The notes below the pieces were generated by a model. The model was not told where the DNA came from. It did no database searches and was given only the letters and a program-made list of their open reading frames with translations. Made by a program: the position numbers and the translations under genes. DNA of 64,000 nucleotides from Psammoneis japonica. Its lineage: Eukaryota. The stretch spans positions 1 to 64,000 of the forward strand of contig QPGO01000047.1 of the NCBI GenBank assembly GCA_008632985.1. The letters run 5' to 3'. This document shows, piece after piece, positions 12,550 through 26,012 of this stretch (the first letter of the stretch is position 1; every line of letters starts with the position of its first letter).

Positions 12550-13123
12550 TCAAATTCCGTATTTAATTTTCATAGTCAACAAACCCTGCTGACCAAGAAG
12601 GATTTCATGGAAAAAGGTAAAGACGCCAAGCCAAACAATGGGTGTAATATCCACGCCAAACGCCGGAGGGACTGTGCCTCGAATTGCCTTCAGCAGTGGT
12701 TCGGTCGGCCACGACACCAAACTCCAAGGCAATTCATTGAGATCGGTTGTAGGATACCAAGACAAGACCACGCGACACAACTGAACAAAGAAAAAAGTAT
12801 TTTTTGGTGAGAATTCAATGTAGGAGAATCATGAGATCAAAACATTGTCAGCCTCGAAAAAAGCCTACCATTGCAAAGGAAAAGAGATTCAAAAATGGAT
12901 CCAACACTAGGGCCAGTGGCTGAACCCAAGGCTCGGTTTCTGACAAAAGAAATGAATGAGATGAGACTGCGGTTTGAAGCTCCACTGGATCCACCACGAG
13001 TTGCAAAGAAGTTGCACTTGGCGAGGACGACAATCGCGTATTTGCCCGTGGTGGTGCAAACGCCCGAGCCATTGTGACCAACATCATGATGCATGCCAGC
13101 TGGAAATACCGAAAGAGTCCCAT
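12550..13123 (-). CDS. CCB3: YGGT-family protein, CCB3-like (cytochrome b6f heme ci assembly), plastid-targeted; intron 12781-12868
   Basis: Signal peptide plus ARAFAP motif. GT-AG intron joins FAM|LCRVVLSWYP...PTEPLL...PPAFGVDITPIVW...EILLGQQGLL, the CCB3/YGGT signature. Confidence 0.85.
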
Positions 13124-13544
13124 GATTTGTTGTTGTCTGCTCGTTTCGATCTATGTATGTCGAATTGGTTGTAGGGACTTCGTTTTCCGATGGCACATAC
13201 ACACCACAGAAGCAAAATAAGCACCAAATCACCAAAACCAAAAAAATAAAAAATGTGACGGTCGGTCTGCTGACGCACTCGCGCGTTGTCCGCCGTTCGT
13301 TCACCGCGAACAGCAAATTTCAATTTTTGAGTCGAAGGGTTCAAAATGTCAAATTTTGGCGCGCGGCCCACTTTTACTACAGAGAATGTGGTACAGGGCT
13401 ACATACGAGCTCTAATACCATATCTCACGTATGCCGATCTTTCGCCTCTCGATGCCGGCCATGGTCGATCGCAGTCGCTGTCGGCTTTGTTGAAAGCAGC
13501 TGCAATTGTTATTATCAAACTCTGAGGCACTTTTTTGCGTCAAC

Positions 13545-16500
13545 ATGTCTCCCAATAGTATCAGCAACGAAGCTGCTCATTATGTTGTAACAGCACATCC
13601 TCCTGGAGCGGTTTTGATGACTGCAAAATGCAACTTTGTTTCGCCCGATTCAACGGTGCGTGTGTTTGATGTAATTCTCTGCCATTTGATAATAGGCTTC
13701 TCGTCTCACTCATGCTGGTATCCTTAATTTTCCCGTTAGAATGTTCTTATTGCCAAATCACGGAGACTGGAAATACGCAAAGTCCGCAGCAACTCGGATG
13801 AGAGTTCCGCTGCTGCGACGGCAAGCAGCCCCTTCCCACTTGTTTGTACGGTACCGATTTACGGTCGAATCACAGCGTTAGAACCCTTCAAGGTTCCCCT
13901 GTCATCCACGTCCTATGTTTTTTGCATGACGGAACGACAACGTTATGCGGTTCTTTCCTATTCTCAAGACGACTCGTCATCATCATCTCCGATTTGACCC
14001 ATGCCAGTGGTTCGTTTCAGGATTATGATTCCTCCATCTTGGGACAAGAAGCAGAATGCGGTCCGCTGTTTCGATTGATCCATACAATCGATGCATTGCC
14101 ATTCACTTTTTGAATGGTTTGCTTACCATTATTCCTATCAATTTGGGATACGACGGTTCCAAGGCGGGTCAAAATCATCAAGAAGGAAGAAGCAAACGTC
14201 GCTTTGCCGCTGCCAAGGGCAATCTCTTGGGCGAACCCTACCACGGATCCATGGAAGAACGAAACGTGTTGGACATTGCGTTTGATCATACACTCAATTA
14301 TTCCTCTGGCACGTCGGCCAGCATGCCGCTCCTTTCCCTCTTGCACCAAGACTCGTCCTTGTACCAGCACGTGACGACGCATGTGGTGGATTTGAAAAAG
14401 AAAAAGTTGCTCCTGCACGGGAGTGTGCACGCCAAGAATTACTCCCTGTTGAAAAAGAGCCGTGTCGATGGTGGGTCGGCACGACTCTTGGCCGTCAAGC
14501 CGCCACCGCCAGTTCCAATGGGAAGGCCCAAACGGACTGGCGAAGAAGATGAAGACGAGGATGAGGAGGAATCAAACAAGGTCAAGGGCGGATTGCTTGT
14601 TTTGGGACAACGACAAATCACCTATCTGAGTATGGGCGTCGCCAAGGTGATTCCCATTTCACAAGCCCTGATTGTGGCTGCTTGTCTCGTGCCAGGTACT
14701 GACCCACAGTTTTTATTGGGTGATGAATTTGGAAACCTCATGCTGCTTTCGGTTCGGTTTCCAATAGTACCGGCGTCATGACGGGGTTGGAACTCAATGT
14801 GTTGGGTACCACCAATATTTGTTCCAGCATTGATTATCTTGACAATGGACTCGTGTTTGTTGGGAGTCAATTTGGTGACTCGCAGTTGGTTCAAATTCGC
14901 AATGACGCCGAACCCAATCCGTCCAGTTTGGAGGCGACGAGTTGTCTGACATTGTCGAAGAATACACGCATTTGGGTCCAATTGTAGACTTTGACTTGGT
15001 TCCGACATCCTATTCTACCAATGGAGATGGTGGCGGCGGCAAGCCGGATCAAGCGCAGTCACAACAATCTCAAGTGGTAACGGCATCTGGAACGTCCTTT
15101 TCGGGAACTCTGCGATTGGTCCGGAATGGAATTGGAATGAATGAATATGCCGCTGTCGAGATTCCAGGAATTCAAAACATGTGGAACATTCGAGCCAACT
15201 GGAAATCCAAGCAAGATTCGTATTTGGTTCAAAGCTTCGTTGGAGAGACGCGTGTGTTGGGTGTCAAGACGGCCCCAGCGCAAGACGTCGTCATGCAAAA
15301 TGAGGACGATGAGGAAGAGGATGATGATGGCGCCTTGGAAGAAACATTCTTGGCCGGTCTGGATTCTCACTCGTCGTCCCTTTTTGTTGGTAATGTACAA
15401 GTGGGCGACTCGATTGTACAAGTGACAGAATCTGAAATACGATTGATTGATTCACAAACGCTAGAGTGCGTAGACACTTGGTCGCCAGCGAGCATGGGTG
15501 GAAGCCAGCGCATTACGGTTGCATCTGGAAATGCATCGGGACAAATTGCTATTGCTCTCGAGGGCGGACTGCTTGTCTACCTTGTCGTAACGCAACGCGG
15601 AGAGGGCTGCAAGGTTGAAGTGAAGCAACAAAAAGAAATGGAGCAAGAGATTTCTTGTATCAACTTGAATCCCTTTACAGAAAATACGGAGAATGCCATG
15701 GATATTGACGACGATACGGCGGAGGATGCCATCAAGAGCAAGCTCGTTGCTGTTGGATTGTGGGATGACTTTACGGTTCGACTGTTGGCTTTGGAAGAGG
15801 AATCCACAATGAGCCCGCTCCAAGAACTTTTGGAAATTAATCTAAGCAACGAAGATGACGAGGAGGAAAAGAACGCGGACCAGGCGCAGCCAAACGCCCA
15901 GAATCGAGGCAACCGCAACAACATGATGGCACGAAGCCTGTGTCTCGTTACCCTGGACTCGCCCTCATCCAGCGGTTCTCATTCTGGCGGTGTCAACATG
16001 TTGTTTGTAGGCTTGGGCGACGGGACTCTGGTTTCGTTTGCGGTTGTTTCCGAATCCAATTCCCCAAGTGTCCGTTCGAGAAAGCAAACGAGTCTAGGGA
16101 CACAGCGAATCAGTCTTGTGCCGCTCTACACACAAGGCGGTGGCACGTGCGTTCTAGCGACAGGTGACCGTCCAACAGTGATTTACCTCGCTGGTGGAGG
16201 AGGTAGCGGTGGCGTCAATTTTTCGAACCCCAAACTCTGCTACTCCAATGTCAACCTATCAACAACACCCGAAGATGCCGAGGAGGAGGAGTCTGACGGT
16301 ATTAGTCGTCCTCCGGCACAGCAGAGCATAGCAATTCATGTCGCTACGCCATTTTCGTCGTCTGTATTGTTCGACACGAATCTGGCTCAGGCATCTGGAA
16401 AAGGAGCGAGCCAACAGTATTCTCTCTGTGTTGCGAACGAGACGAATTTGAGGTTGGGTGTTATTGACGACATTCAAAAGCTACACGTTACAACATGCCG

Positions 16501-18201
16501 CCTTGGAATGACCCCGAGACGAGTTGTTCATTGCCCTGAAGGACGATTGTTTGCCGTTGGATGTCTTGAAAGCGGAGTACGGGATGGAGGAACCATGGAT
16601 ACGGATGCTACTTTTGGCAATTGCATTCGATTTCTTGACGATACTTCTTTTGAAGACATGCATCGGTAAGAAGTTTTGCTATGGAATGTGGACTTATGAC
16701 GACTTGACGATTCGATTGCCCTTGATCTAACTTCAGTTTCCTCTCACGGTGCAGAGTTGATTTGGAGCCTCACGAGTTGATACTTTCCATGGCAAAGGTG
16801 AACCTTACGGAATCAAACAGTTCCGAAATGTCAGGTAATTCGACTAGCTCCACAGGCACAAAACCGTTTCTCTTGGTCGGTACTGCCTATGTGTTTGCAG
16901 ATGAAGATGAACCTACCAACGGGCGGATCTTGGTGTATTCATGTTCCAACGACCAAGGCATTGTTAGTGGCAACGGTGCCGTTCGTCAAGTCACGGAACT
17001 TTCGGTTCATGGCGGTGTCTATTCCATGTGCCAGTTTTACCAAGGTATGGCTCTTGTATCCGTCAATTCCAAGACACAGGTTTGCCAATTGGTGGATGAC
17101 GGCACAGGCATTCCAAAGTTGAAGATTGTTGGTATTGGTCATCACGGACATATTCTAAGCCTTTTCGTCCAAAGTAGAGCGCACTTGACTGTCGAATCGC
17201 ATGGTCCCTCCTCGGAGGCTCCTTCTGTCGCAGCAGCCAGTGCAGCCATCCCAGTGCTTCACGAGACTCCCACAAAGAAAAAGGCAGAGTCCGACGACGA
17301 CCAGGAGTATCAAGGTGAACAGCTTGCAATTGTTGGAGATTTGATGCGCTCCATCTCGTTGGTTCAATATTATCCAAAGCACGAAACGCTCGAAGAGATA
17401 GCAAGGGACTTCAACGCAAACTTCACGACGGCACTGGAGATGCTGACAGATGAAATATATCTGGGCGCAGAAAATTTCAATAACCTTTTTGTCCTTCGCC
17501 GAAATACCAAGGCCCAAAGCGACGAAGTTCGATGTCGATTGGACACTGTTGGTGAATATCATTTGGGAGAAATGGTAAACAAATTCAAGGCCGGCTGCTT
17601 GATCATGCCTCAAGGGCAGACTCCATCTTCGTCCGACTCTGAGATTCTGGGCATCAATCGGCGTCCTACTGGTCTCAAGTCCCCGGTCAAGGGCGATGGG
17701 AACAAGAAACCCGCTGCCCGAACACGGCGGCCGACAGTCGTAATTGGGAGTCAGACGCTCTTTGGAACTGTGGATGGGAGCTTGGGTGTAATTCTTGGAC
17801 TAGACAGACGGACGGCTGTCTTTTTCGCAGCTTTGGAACGAGCCATGGAACGGACCATTCCTGCTGCTGGAGACTTTCATCATTTTGAATTCCGAACGTT
17901 TCAAGCCGAAAAACGCATTCGTCCCAGCCATGGGTTTGTTGATGGTGATCTTGTGGAATCGTTTTTGGATCTAGATAAAGCTACAATGGAGGCGGTAGTT
18001 CGAGAAATGAATGAAGAAGACGGGTGGGAAATTGAGGAAAACTTGACCTCTTCCGGTGAGGCACGAGGTGGTAGTGTTTCGACGGATCTGGGAAGCGCAA
18101 TGTCCGATGGAGAAGGTGAGAATGAACTGGCCAGTAGTACTCGCACTCTGACTGTAGACGACGTATTGGCGATGGTGGAAGAAATGACGATGCTCCACTA
18201 G
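13545..18201 (+). CDS. DDB1: DNA damage-binding protein 1 (CUL4 adaptor); introns ~13656-13739 and 16666-16754; four -1 frameshifts likely sequencing errors
   Basis: Motifs: HYVVTAHPP, LGDEFGNL, YLDNGLVFVGSQFGDSQL, LGPIVDF, GTLRLVRNGIG, IDDIQKLH, VGDLMRSISLVQY, IARDFNAN, GEYHLGEMVNKF, GFVDGDLVESFLDL. Confidence 0.93.
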
Positions 18202-18282
18202 AGTAGGTACGCATTATATGCATGAGTAGCATGGTTTAAAATCTAAGTATTGGGCATAGCAGTTGTGATGCACCCTAATGAT

Positions 18283-19051
18283 TTAGCTAAGCTTCGGCAT
18301 GAAGCTACCAAGTACATTCTTGTACATCTCTTCCTTCTTTGCCCAACGCTTTTCCTTTGAGTTGGCATCCAGACTCCAAACCTTGCCTTTGTTCACACTT
18401 AGCTGCAACAGCTGGTGTGTACCGTCATTGATTGCAAAATCAAATTCATAAAACAAGACTCCATCAGTAAGGCGCTCCGTCGCAGACATTAGCTTTGCGT
18501 TACGCTTTGCTGCAAGCTTTTCTCCAAGGTCCTTGACATCACCCAAAGCGTTGCTGTTGAATACAATCATTAGTCAAGAGAGAGAGAGAGAAATCTCAGG
18601 TGTGAGGCATGACTTTGTTCTTGACAAGAACTATGTGTGCTAAACCGGGTACGTACATGGACGTTGTGTCGGATTTCACAGGAGAGCTAGAAACCTTGAT
18701 GTTCTCGGCGGGGTCAACCAAGTCTTGCCACTTGACGTCATAAGCACCAACCTCCCCTTCAAACTTGTTCCAACCAGAGGGTGCCAAAATCGTCCATCCC
18801 CTCGAGTCTTGGTACCGTTCAAGCAACCCTCCCATACGAGTTGTAACTTTGGGTGTCTCTTCCGAAACCTCCGCAATAGCAGGCATTGCTAGAGTAGTGA
18901 GTCCACCGACAATTCCAAAAGCTGATTTGATCAGTGCGTCTCTTCGTGAAACCTCGGGTGTTGCTCCGCCGTTTGGCTGAGAATTGCTGGCAAAGCCTGA
19001 TGCCGAGAGTGGCATGGCAATCAGGAGAAGTACGTTCGAGATTCTTGTCAT
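18283..19051 (-). CDS. PsbP-domain thylakoid lumen protein; intron 18554-18656
   Basis: Bipartite presequence (SASGF..., RRDAL Tat-like motif, AIA cleavage). PsbP-like core: WTILAPSGWNKFEGEVGAYDVKWQD...FYEFDF...GKVWSLDANSKEKRW...SF. Confidence 0.8.
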
Positions 19052-19494
19052 GGTTGAACTAACAAGTCGCTGCGTTGCTTTTTTGTGGGTACAAGAGCTT
19101 CACGACGGTCTTGGCTGAATCAAGATAGCATGGGGCGATGATGTGTTGAATGACACGCATCATAAAAGCATCGCGGCGCTTTCTGTTTCCCGCCACAAAA
19201 AGCAAAACACGTACTCGTGTAGAAAACCCGGATGTTGACTATCACTAGAGGTAAAACGAAGGACATGCTAATTTTGAGTCGATTTGACTGATTAGATTAG
19301 CCATGTCCTTCTCACATTTTGTCTTCGTGGCCACCGCCAACCGCAATCGCGCGCCTCGCACGCACTCTTCAATCGCGTCGCGTTGTTTTTCATAAAGTCG
19401 TGCCCTTGTTCCTATTGCTGGTGTTGCGAGGGGAAAGAATATCATACTTCAGGGAAGCCAGGAAGATTGTCCTTTCAATTTTTATTCAACAATC

Positions 19495-20604
19495 ATGGCA
19501 CCCAAGATCGCTTCGGCTCTCAACACGAACCGCGAGGAGGCCTCGGCTTTGCAAATTGCGTTTGGTGTGTTTTGCATTAGCAGTTTTATTGGGCTCTGGC
19601 TGGGTTCCCTCTTTTCTCCGTTGATTCTAATAATCACTCTTCATAAAGAGTACTACCTGACGGCTGCTGCGCTTATTGTCGCATTCATTGCGTCCTATTG
19701 TCCCTGGAAACGTGGCTCGATTTCAGAAACCGTCAAGAATTTCTATGCACGGTACCATCCACTGTATTACAAGAGTTTCAGAATTGAATTCGAGGGCGAC
19801 TCCTTACCTTGTCCAAAGAAAGATCCCCAGACAATGTATACTATGCATCCGCATGGAGCATTCTGTATTGGATGGTCGACCCTTTACTGTCACTCCATCC
19901 TGTCACACGTACGATTTTGCTTTTCTCCAGTGTTGCTCGCGTCTCCCCTGTTTCGACTGTTTAGTCGATGCATCGGTGACCCGGGGAGTGCTTCCAAAGA
20001 ATCCATGGTGCGGGATTTGGCAAACGGACGGCACATGGCGCTACCCCCTGGAGGTTTCGAGGTTCGTAGTGCATGTCAAAGCTTTGAAAAGAGTCGTCCG
20101 TCACATTTGCTGGCTGCGTTGCTGAGAACCAAAATAATTCGGATGGAATTACGTTACTCATGTTTGTTCCTTTTCATTTTCCAGGAAGCAACTCTGACGT
20201 CCACGTCTCATGACCGTGTGTTCATCAAGAAGCGAACAGGCTTTATCCGACTCTGTCTGATGCATGGAACGGCAGTCAGGCCTATTTATGTCTTTGGCGA
20301 AAAGAGTCTCTTTTCCAACTTGCAGGGAATGTGGGGTTTTCGGTTAGCATTGAACCGACTTGGTATTCCGGCCATTGTTATTTTCGGGCATCCGCTCTTC
20401 CCCGTCATTCCAAAGACCAATGTTGACATGAAGGTTGTGGTGGGTGCGCCGCTGCTGTTGCCAAAGATTGACAATCCAACCAAAGAAGACGTTGAGCTTT
20501 GGCACAAGAAATATATCGCTGCTTTGACAAAGTTATTTGAGGACCACAAGGAGGATGCTTACGGTCCAGAACATGCCAAGGTTGCAAAACTGGAGCTTTG
20601 GTAG
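19495..20604 (+). CDS. DGAT2: Type-2 diacylglycerol acyltransferase (DGAT2/MGAT family); in-frame intron 20062-20184
   Basis: HPHG motif, PGGFE|EA, KRTGFIRLCL..G..VRPIYVFGE, VVGAPL and LF..HK. Confidence 0.88.
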   Translation: MAPKIASALNTNREEASALQIAFGVFCISSFIGLWLGSLFSPLILIITLHKEYYLTAAALIVAFIASYCPWKRGSISETVKNFYARYHPLYYKSFRIEFEGDSLPCPKKDPQTMYTMHPHGAFCIGWSTLYCHSILSHVRFCFSPVLLASPLFRLFSRCIGDPGSASKESMVRDLANGRHMALPPGGFEVRSACQSFEKSRPSHLLAALLRTKIIRMELRYSCLFLFIFQEATLTSTSHDRVFIKKRTGFIRLCLMHGTAVRPIYVFGEKSLFSNLQGMWGFRLALNRLGIPAIVIFGHPLFPVIPKTNVDMKVVVGAPLLLPKIDNPTKEDVELWHKKYIAALTKLFEDHKEDAYGPEHAKVAKLELW

Positions 20605-21096
20605 ATATAGTAGAAATTGATAGATGCTTGGAGATCATACGAGTTTGAAGTTTGGTACTGCATAAGAACACAGATATAATACTTACTTAGCGCAGTCGCT
20701 GCATACAATCAATTGTTTCGGTAACGTCCTGTCTTTGCTGCGCTTGAGTCATACTGTGGGGAACGTTTCGTCGCCCCACGGACTTGATTTCGAGTAGTTG
20801 GCGACACGAGTTGCGAGTATCGAGTGAGTAGGACTACAGTTACAAGTGGGGCTCATTAGATTTTCTCTCTAGAGCGAAGCACTAGTGACTACACCCAAAT
20901 CTTGTCTCTTACAAGGTGACGGCCTCCCAACTTGTTGCGCCGCTTCCGATTCCACCCTCATCCGATAAGAAAGCACCAATCAAATGAACAAGGCTACTGC
21001 CCCCCAACCGGAGTGAGAAAACGCATGTTCCAATATGGCGATTGTCTCAAACGAGGTTTTCCTATCCACGAGTCTCTCGAAGGAACTCGCTATAGA

Positions 21097-23250
21097 TTAT
21101 TCTTTCTTGCCAAGCTTCGTCAACTTGCCCTGATCCCCATTGTTCGGAAACAATACAAAAACAACACCTAGCAAAAAGGAGCGGTAAAGGTTTGTAAAAT
21201 ATCTCGTGGCGACTTCCAAAAGGAGAGACGTTGCCATTGCTAGTTCAGAGCGCCACGTTATCCGACAACCAGGTGTCAACGTATTGAAAAACAAGAAGAA
21301 CTACAACAGGTGAGGACACCGCAATAATACATCAGCCAACAAAGCTGGGCAGTAATGCACACGTACCAACGAGAAACGCCGATGTTTTCATTGCCACGTG
21401 TAAAGCCACCTGTAAATTGATGAGAAAACGTTAGTATTCGGTTCGACACGGCCACCGAGTGATACGCATGTCTCGTATACTCACTTTCATGAAAGCCGCA
21501 CTAAACTTTATTATTGCCAGCGCATATTTCAACACTGAGGAACGCGAATGGCAGAGTTTCTTAACTCGGACTCTGTTTCTTCTCTTGCGTACTCCCGTGA
21601 CAAACATGACGTTTGGATTCCAACAAAACACAACCACACGAACATAGTTACGGAGTCGAATTCCAAACACATGGCAGCTGTCGGGAAAAGTCTTGCAACA
21701 AAACAGTGTAGGGGTACACCGAGAACGAAGTCTTCGCTCCTGTTCAAGGTTGCTGCATAACACTTTGGCCGTAAGACGCCGCACCGATGGGTTGGAGGAT
21801 ACCAAGCCGTTTGATGGACTCAGACGTTTCGAAATAATTTCTGTTTGGCGCGATCTGTTTAATATTTCAGACACCCCGCAAGCTACTGTGGCGTGTGGAT
21901 AGCTTTCATCGCAAGATACCTCTTTGTTTTCATCTCTTGTATCGCTCGACCATGAAGCCACCGCCGACAAAGGTGGAGACTGCATGACACACATGGATCG
22001 GGCTCGATCTAAATCAATCGATTCATCGTACAAGGATGCCAACAACAAGATTGAGTCTGGCGGGATCATTGACCTGAAAAAAGACAAATGGAACAGTAAA
22101 ATGCAAAGATAAGAGCACAGTGAGAAAAACTACTTAGAAGACAGATCACGCTCTGCTCTTGGACGTACATGAGAGTCAAGGCACTATCGATCAGATCTTG
22201 AGTTTTCAAATCAACAGGCGCATCGTTCCCAGTATTCCAACCTTCGTCAATGAGATCGACAAAGCCACGTATTGTCATGTGGACAGCGGTAGGGTCGCAT
22301 TCTCCATTCAAAATTTCCTGTCGGCTTGTGGGATGGATCAAAATCGCAACGCAAAGGTACATGGGCAACAACGCATGGGAGGCGAGAAACGCGTCCATGA
22401 GACGACTGGCAACTTGTTCGTGGTGAATATCGTGAGTAAACCACGCAATGAGCCATGAAAGAACCGTGTTGGTCAAGTCGACCTCACATTCCAAAAAGAG
22501 AAAGTCGTGTAATTCTTCATCGACGTGATGGAGTACTGGTTCCAGAAACACGGTATGCAAGAACCAAGTCGTGTTCTTGAGGTCCTTTCCCATGGCGTCA
22601 CGTAGTTGAAACATACAAACTTTCCGAAGTATCCTGCAAGTTAAGGAAACGTCGTAGTCAAGATTGTGCAGCATTACGCCTGCAACGTCATGGAGTCCTT
22701 GGTAGTATTGGAGTCTTTCTGTAGTATCCTTGTCGGTGCCAACAGGCTGAGAAATCACAGTCTCCAAGACTCTTATCAACTTGTCTTGGTATGGTGCCAC
22801 CTGATGATTCTGAGATGATGATTCCCCCGATGCTGCTAAAAGTGGCTCGTCGCCTTTTGAGTCGTCATAGTGAAACAGCACGGAACGAAAGACATCTTGC
22901 CGGATCAAGGCTAGTTCATCTCTCGGAACGTTTACAGAGGAAGTGTTCATGCTACCGGTAGTCGTGGAAGCTTGGTCCCCCTTGATCCCCACCAAGTGAC
23001 ACCATGCTTCCCGTCGAAGGTCGGCTATGAAAATATTAGACAAGTTTAGAAGTTGTGCAGGAATAAAGATAGTGAGTCGTCATTAGGAAAGCAGGAATTC
23101 AACAAGCAGCTTGGTTCTGTTCACGTTCACAAACTTACCATTCACCAATCCGCCTTCTGTAAGAGCTAGCTCTCGAAGCTTCCACAGGTTTACAGTAGAT
23201 TGGTCTAAGCACACCTTTATCTTCGAGGATTTCTGCATTGGATCCATCAT
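21097..23250 (-). CDS. TBC-domain Rab GTPase-activating protein (TBC1D20/GYP8-like), multi-exon; 3' end uncertain
   Basis: LWKLRELALTEGGLVN|..LRREAW..LVG; IRQDVFRS (R finger); LQYYQGLHDVA (Q finger); SWLIAWFTHDI; RLMDAFLASH. Confidence 0.8.
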
Positions 23251-23900
23251 GATACGGTGCACTGATTTCTGATGGGAATCGTTGTTGGTGTTGATGGATT
23301 CGCTTCTGAGGATGATTCTGGGAAAAACGAAATTGAACAATCTGAACGCTCTTGAAACTTGACTGTGAAGGAAACCAACTCTGTACCGTGAGAAACAGCA
23401 AACACATACAACACAATGGGCAATGACAACGCAGCCTTGACAAGTGGCAGAGATCCTTCAGTTAGTCGCCGGCAACGTCGGAACTGTCATGCCATCGCGC
23501 TGGAACCCGAAGATCTCGTTGCTGGCGGCGCTTCGTGTATGTTATTTATTCATCCACGATGAGATATTCAATAATTAAATGTTAATACTTGAATATTAGA
23601 TTGAAATTCCAAATTTTTGTCTGTCTAAGGAAGTCGATCGGTTACTAATCTTCATTTTGAATTTGAAAGTGGCCAAAGTGACATCCACGCAATGGCGTTT
23701 GCCGATCTTCCGACCTCAACTTTGGAAGGATCTATTACCTGTTATAATCACGTAAGCTCTACGACACCGAAGCGGTCCACGTATCATTACTAGATTTCGC
23801 CGTAGACCTCTACGTAGCGGATCCCATCGTCAACGTCGTCAGTGTCGTTATCTTCGGCGCTTTCCTGCATTACTTCGTGTTGAACGGCAAATCCACTAAG

Positions 23901-25037
23901 ATGAAGCTCCTTGCGTCCGCTCTCCTTGTCGGCTCTGCCGCCGCCTTTTCGACTCCCATGTCGATGACCTTTTCAATTGGAAAGGGAAAGAAGCCGTCTC
24001 CCAAGAAGGTTAGTATCGAAAATTCACAAACAAAAATACCGTCGGCATGGTGGCAACGCATGAGGACTAGAAAAGAACACCAACTACTTCATACTGCGGG
24101 GCTTGTTGGCTTGGTCTCCCTTCTCCATTAAAGAAGGTTACCGCTGTAGCCGTTAAAGAAGGAATATCAGGTTTTCAAGCGACTGGTTCTATCTGGTTCC
24201 TTCGTGTCGCAAAACTGTGGTCGCCATGCCGACAGTACTCTTTCAAATGTCATGATGTACTGCTGTGACTGTAAACATAATTTTGAGGTCGATGCAGCGC
24301 AAACTCACACTGTCCTTTCTTGTTTTGTATCAAAATAGTCTTCTTCTGGCGGTGCTTCCCCCAGTGCTCAAGCTTGGGCTGCTGGTGGACCTTCTCAGGC
24401 CCTTCCTTTCGCCACGGCTCCGGCAACCCTTGACGGATCCATGTTGGGTGATGCCGGTTTCGACCCCCTTGGTTTCTCCACTGTCCCCGTCGGTGCCTGG
24501 TTCCGTGGCTTTGAAGGACGTGACGGACAGCTTGGCGACCTTACCTGGTACCGTGAGGCCGAACTGATTCACGGACGTATCGCCCAGGTTGCTGTTGTTG
24601 GTTTCCTCTGGCCTGGCATTTTCGGAACCCTCCCAGGAAACGAATGGACTGGAGTTGATGCTTACTCCTACACTAACCCCCTTGAGGCTTTCGACAAGGT
24701 GCCGGGACAAGCACTTTTGCAGATCTTCTTGTTCATGTCTGCACTTGAGATCCGCCGCATCAAGATCATCAAGGAGGAAGGAAGCAACTACACCCCGGGT
24801 GACTTCAGGATTGGACAGGGCGGATGGAACCCCTTCGGCCTTGACTACACTCCTGAGCAGTACGAGGAGAAGCGTTTGCAAGAACTCAAGCACTGCCGTC
24901 TCGCCATGGTGGGTGTCTTCGGATGCTGGGCCCAAGCATTGGCATCTGGCGAATCGATCGGTGAACAGATTGGAAACGCCCTTGTCAGCCCTGAATACGT
25001 TAGCAAGTCTGGATACTTCTTCCCCGAGGGAATCTAA
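23901..25037 (+). CDS. Light-harvesting complex protein (Lhcr/Lhcz-like fucoxanthin-chlorophyll protein); intron 24009-24338
   Basis: SAAAF presequence; LDGSMLGDAGFDPLG, WYREAELIHGRIAQ and ELKHCRLAM. Confidence 0.93.
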
Positions 25038-25529
25038 GTATCTTGCGGTAGCAAATTAGCAAATTCTAATAAACATAAACTGCTTTTTTCTGCGCAGAGC
25101 ATTGATTTCATAGAAGTAGTACCATTTAGATGAAGCTCTGGCGTAATGTTTGTTTGGTGTGACCAAGATCGGGTGGATTTACCCCAGATTCAAGAAGTTG
25201 TGTTTGGAAACGCAGAGGAACAGCATTCAACCTAACCGTAAGAGCTTGGATACGGTATTCATAGGCTAGAGGGCCCTACAGTATTCGCCAAATTGTTGAC
25301 GTGTTCCTGACGAACAACGGACAACTGTGGCCACCGTCGGGCGGTCGGTCGCGTTCATCATCCAGCGTCCAGCATCCAGCAGCCACCGGGCGCGCGCCTC
25401 TCTGCTCTTTTGATGCCGCCGACGCCGCGCCGACGCCCTAGCCACTCCTCTGCATAAGTCTTGCAATACCTAAATCACCTTTCAAATTTTGAGAGCGACC
25501 AAAACTATTGCCATCCCAAGGATTCAAAC

Positions 25530-25946
25530 ATGGACCGCATCGTATCTGCAGGCCGTACTTTTCATGAACGCCATGAACGCCTCAAGAACTATGTGCATAC
25601 CGCTTGGCGCTACCCGTTGCCGAAATGGGGTCGAGTTACTATGGGATTTGTTTACTTTTGCATTCCGGTAGTCGGAGGATACGCTGCTATGCAAATGGCA
25701 ATCGGAAAGTCTCACGAATCCATCGGAGAGCACGGAGAAAAGTTGAGAGTCAAGGACATTGAAGGATTGGGTGACAAGCGTATAGTAAATGGTGAGGCTT
25801 CCAAAGTCGGTGCTGGAGGCATTGGTGGTGGTGTACGACTCGCCGTAAGCGATAGCAAGACGCAGGAGCAAAACAACAAGATGCTCATGGCCTTCCTGAA
25901 ACAACAAAAACGAAAGAACCAGGACAATCAAAGCGAAACAGCATGA
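25530..25946 (+). CDS. Small hypothetical protein with one transmembrane segment
   Basis: 138-aa ORF from ATG 25530 with coding-like composition and hydrophobic VTMGFVYFCIPVVGGYAAM. Confidence 0.7.
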   Translation: MDRIVSAGRTFHERHERLKNYVHTAWRYPLPKWGRVTMGFVYFCIPVVGGYAAMQMAIGKSHESIGEHGEKLRVKDIEGLGDKRIVNGEASKVGAGGIGGGVRLAVSDSKTQEQNNKMLMAFLKQQKRKNQDNQSETA

Positions 25947-26012
25947 CAGAGACAAATTCGCTAACACACACACAAAGTTCAACTAATTATTTCCCTACCC
26001 TCCGTCATCCGT

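Noticed and set aside
24009..24338. snoRNA or micro-exon in the long LHC intron
   Set aside because: A C-box-like atgatg is present but I found no convincing D box or terminal stem. The KVTAVAVKE micro-exon lacks clear splice support.
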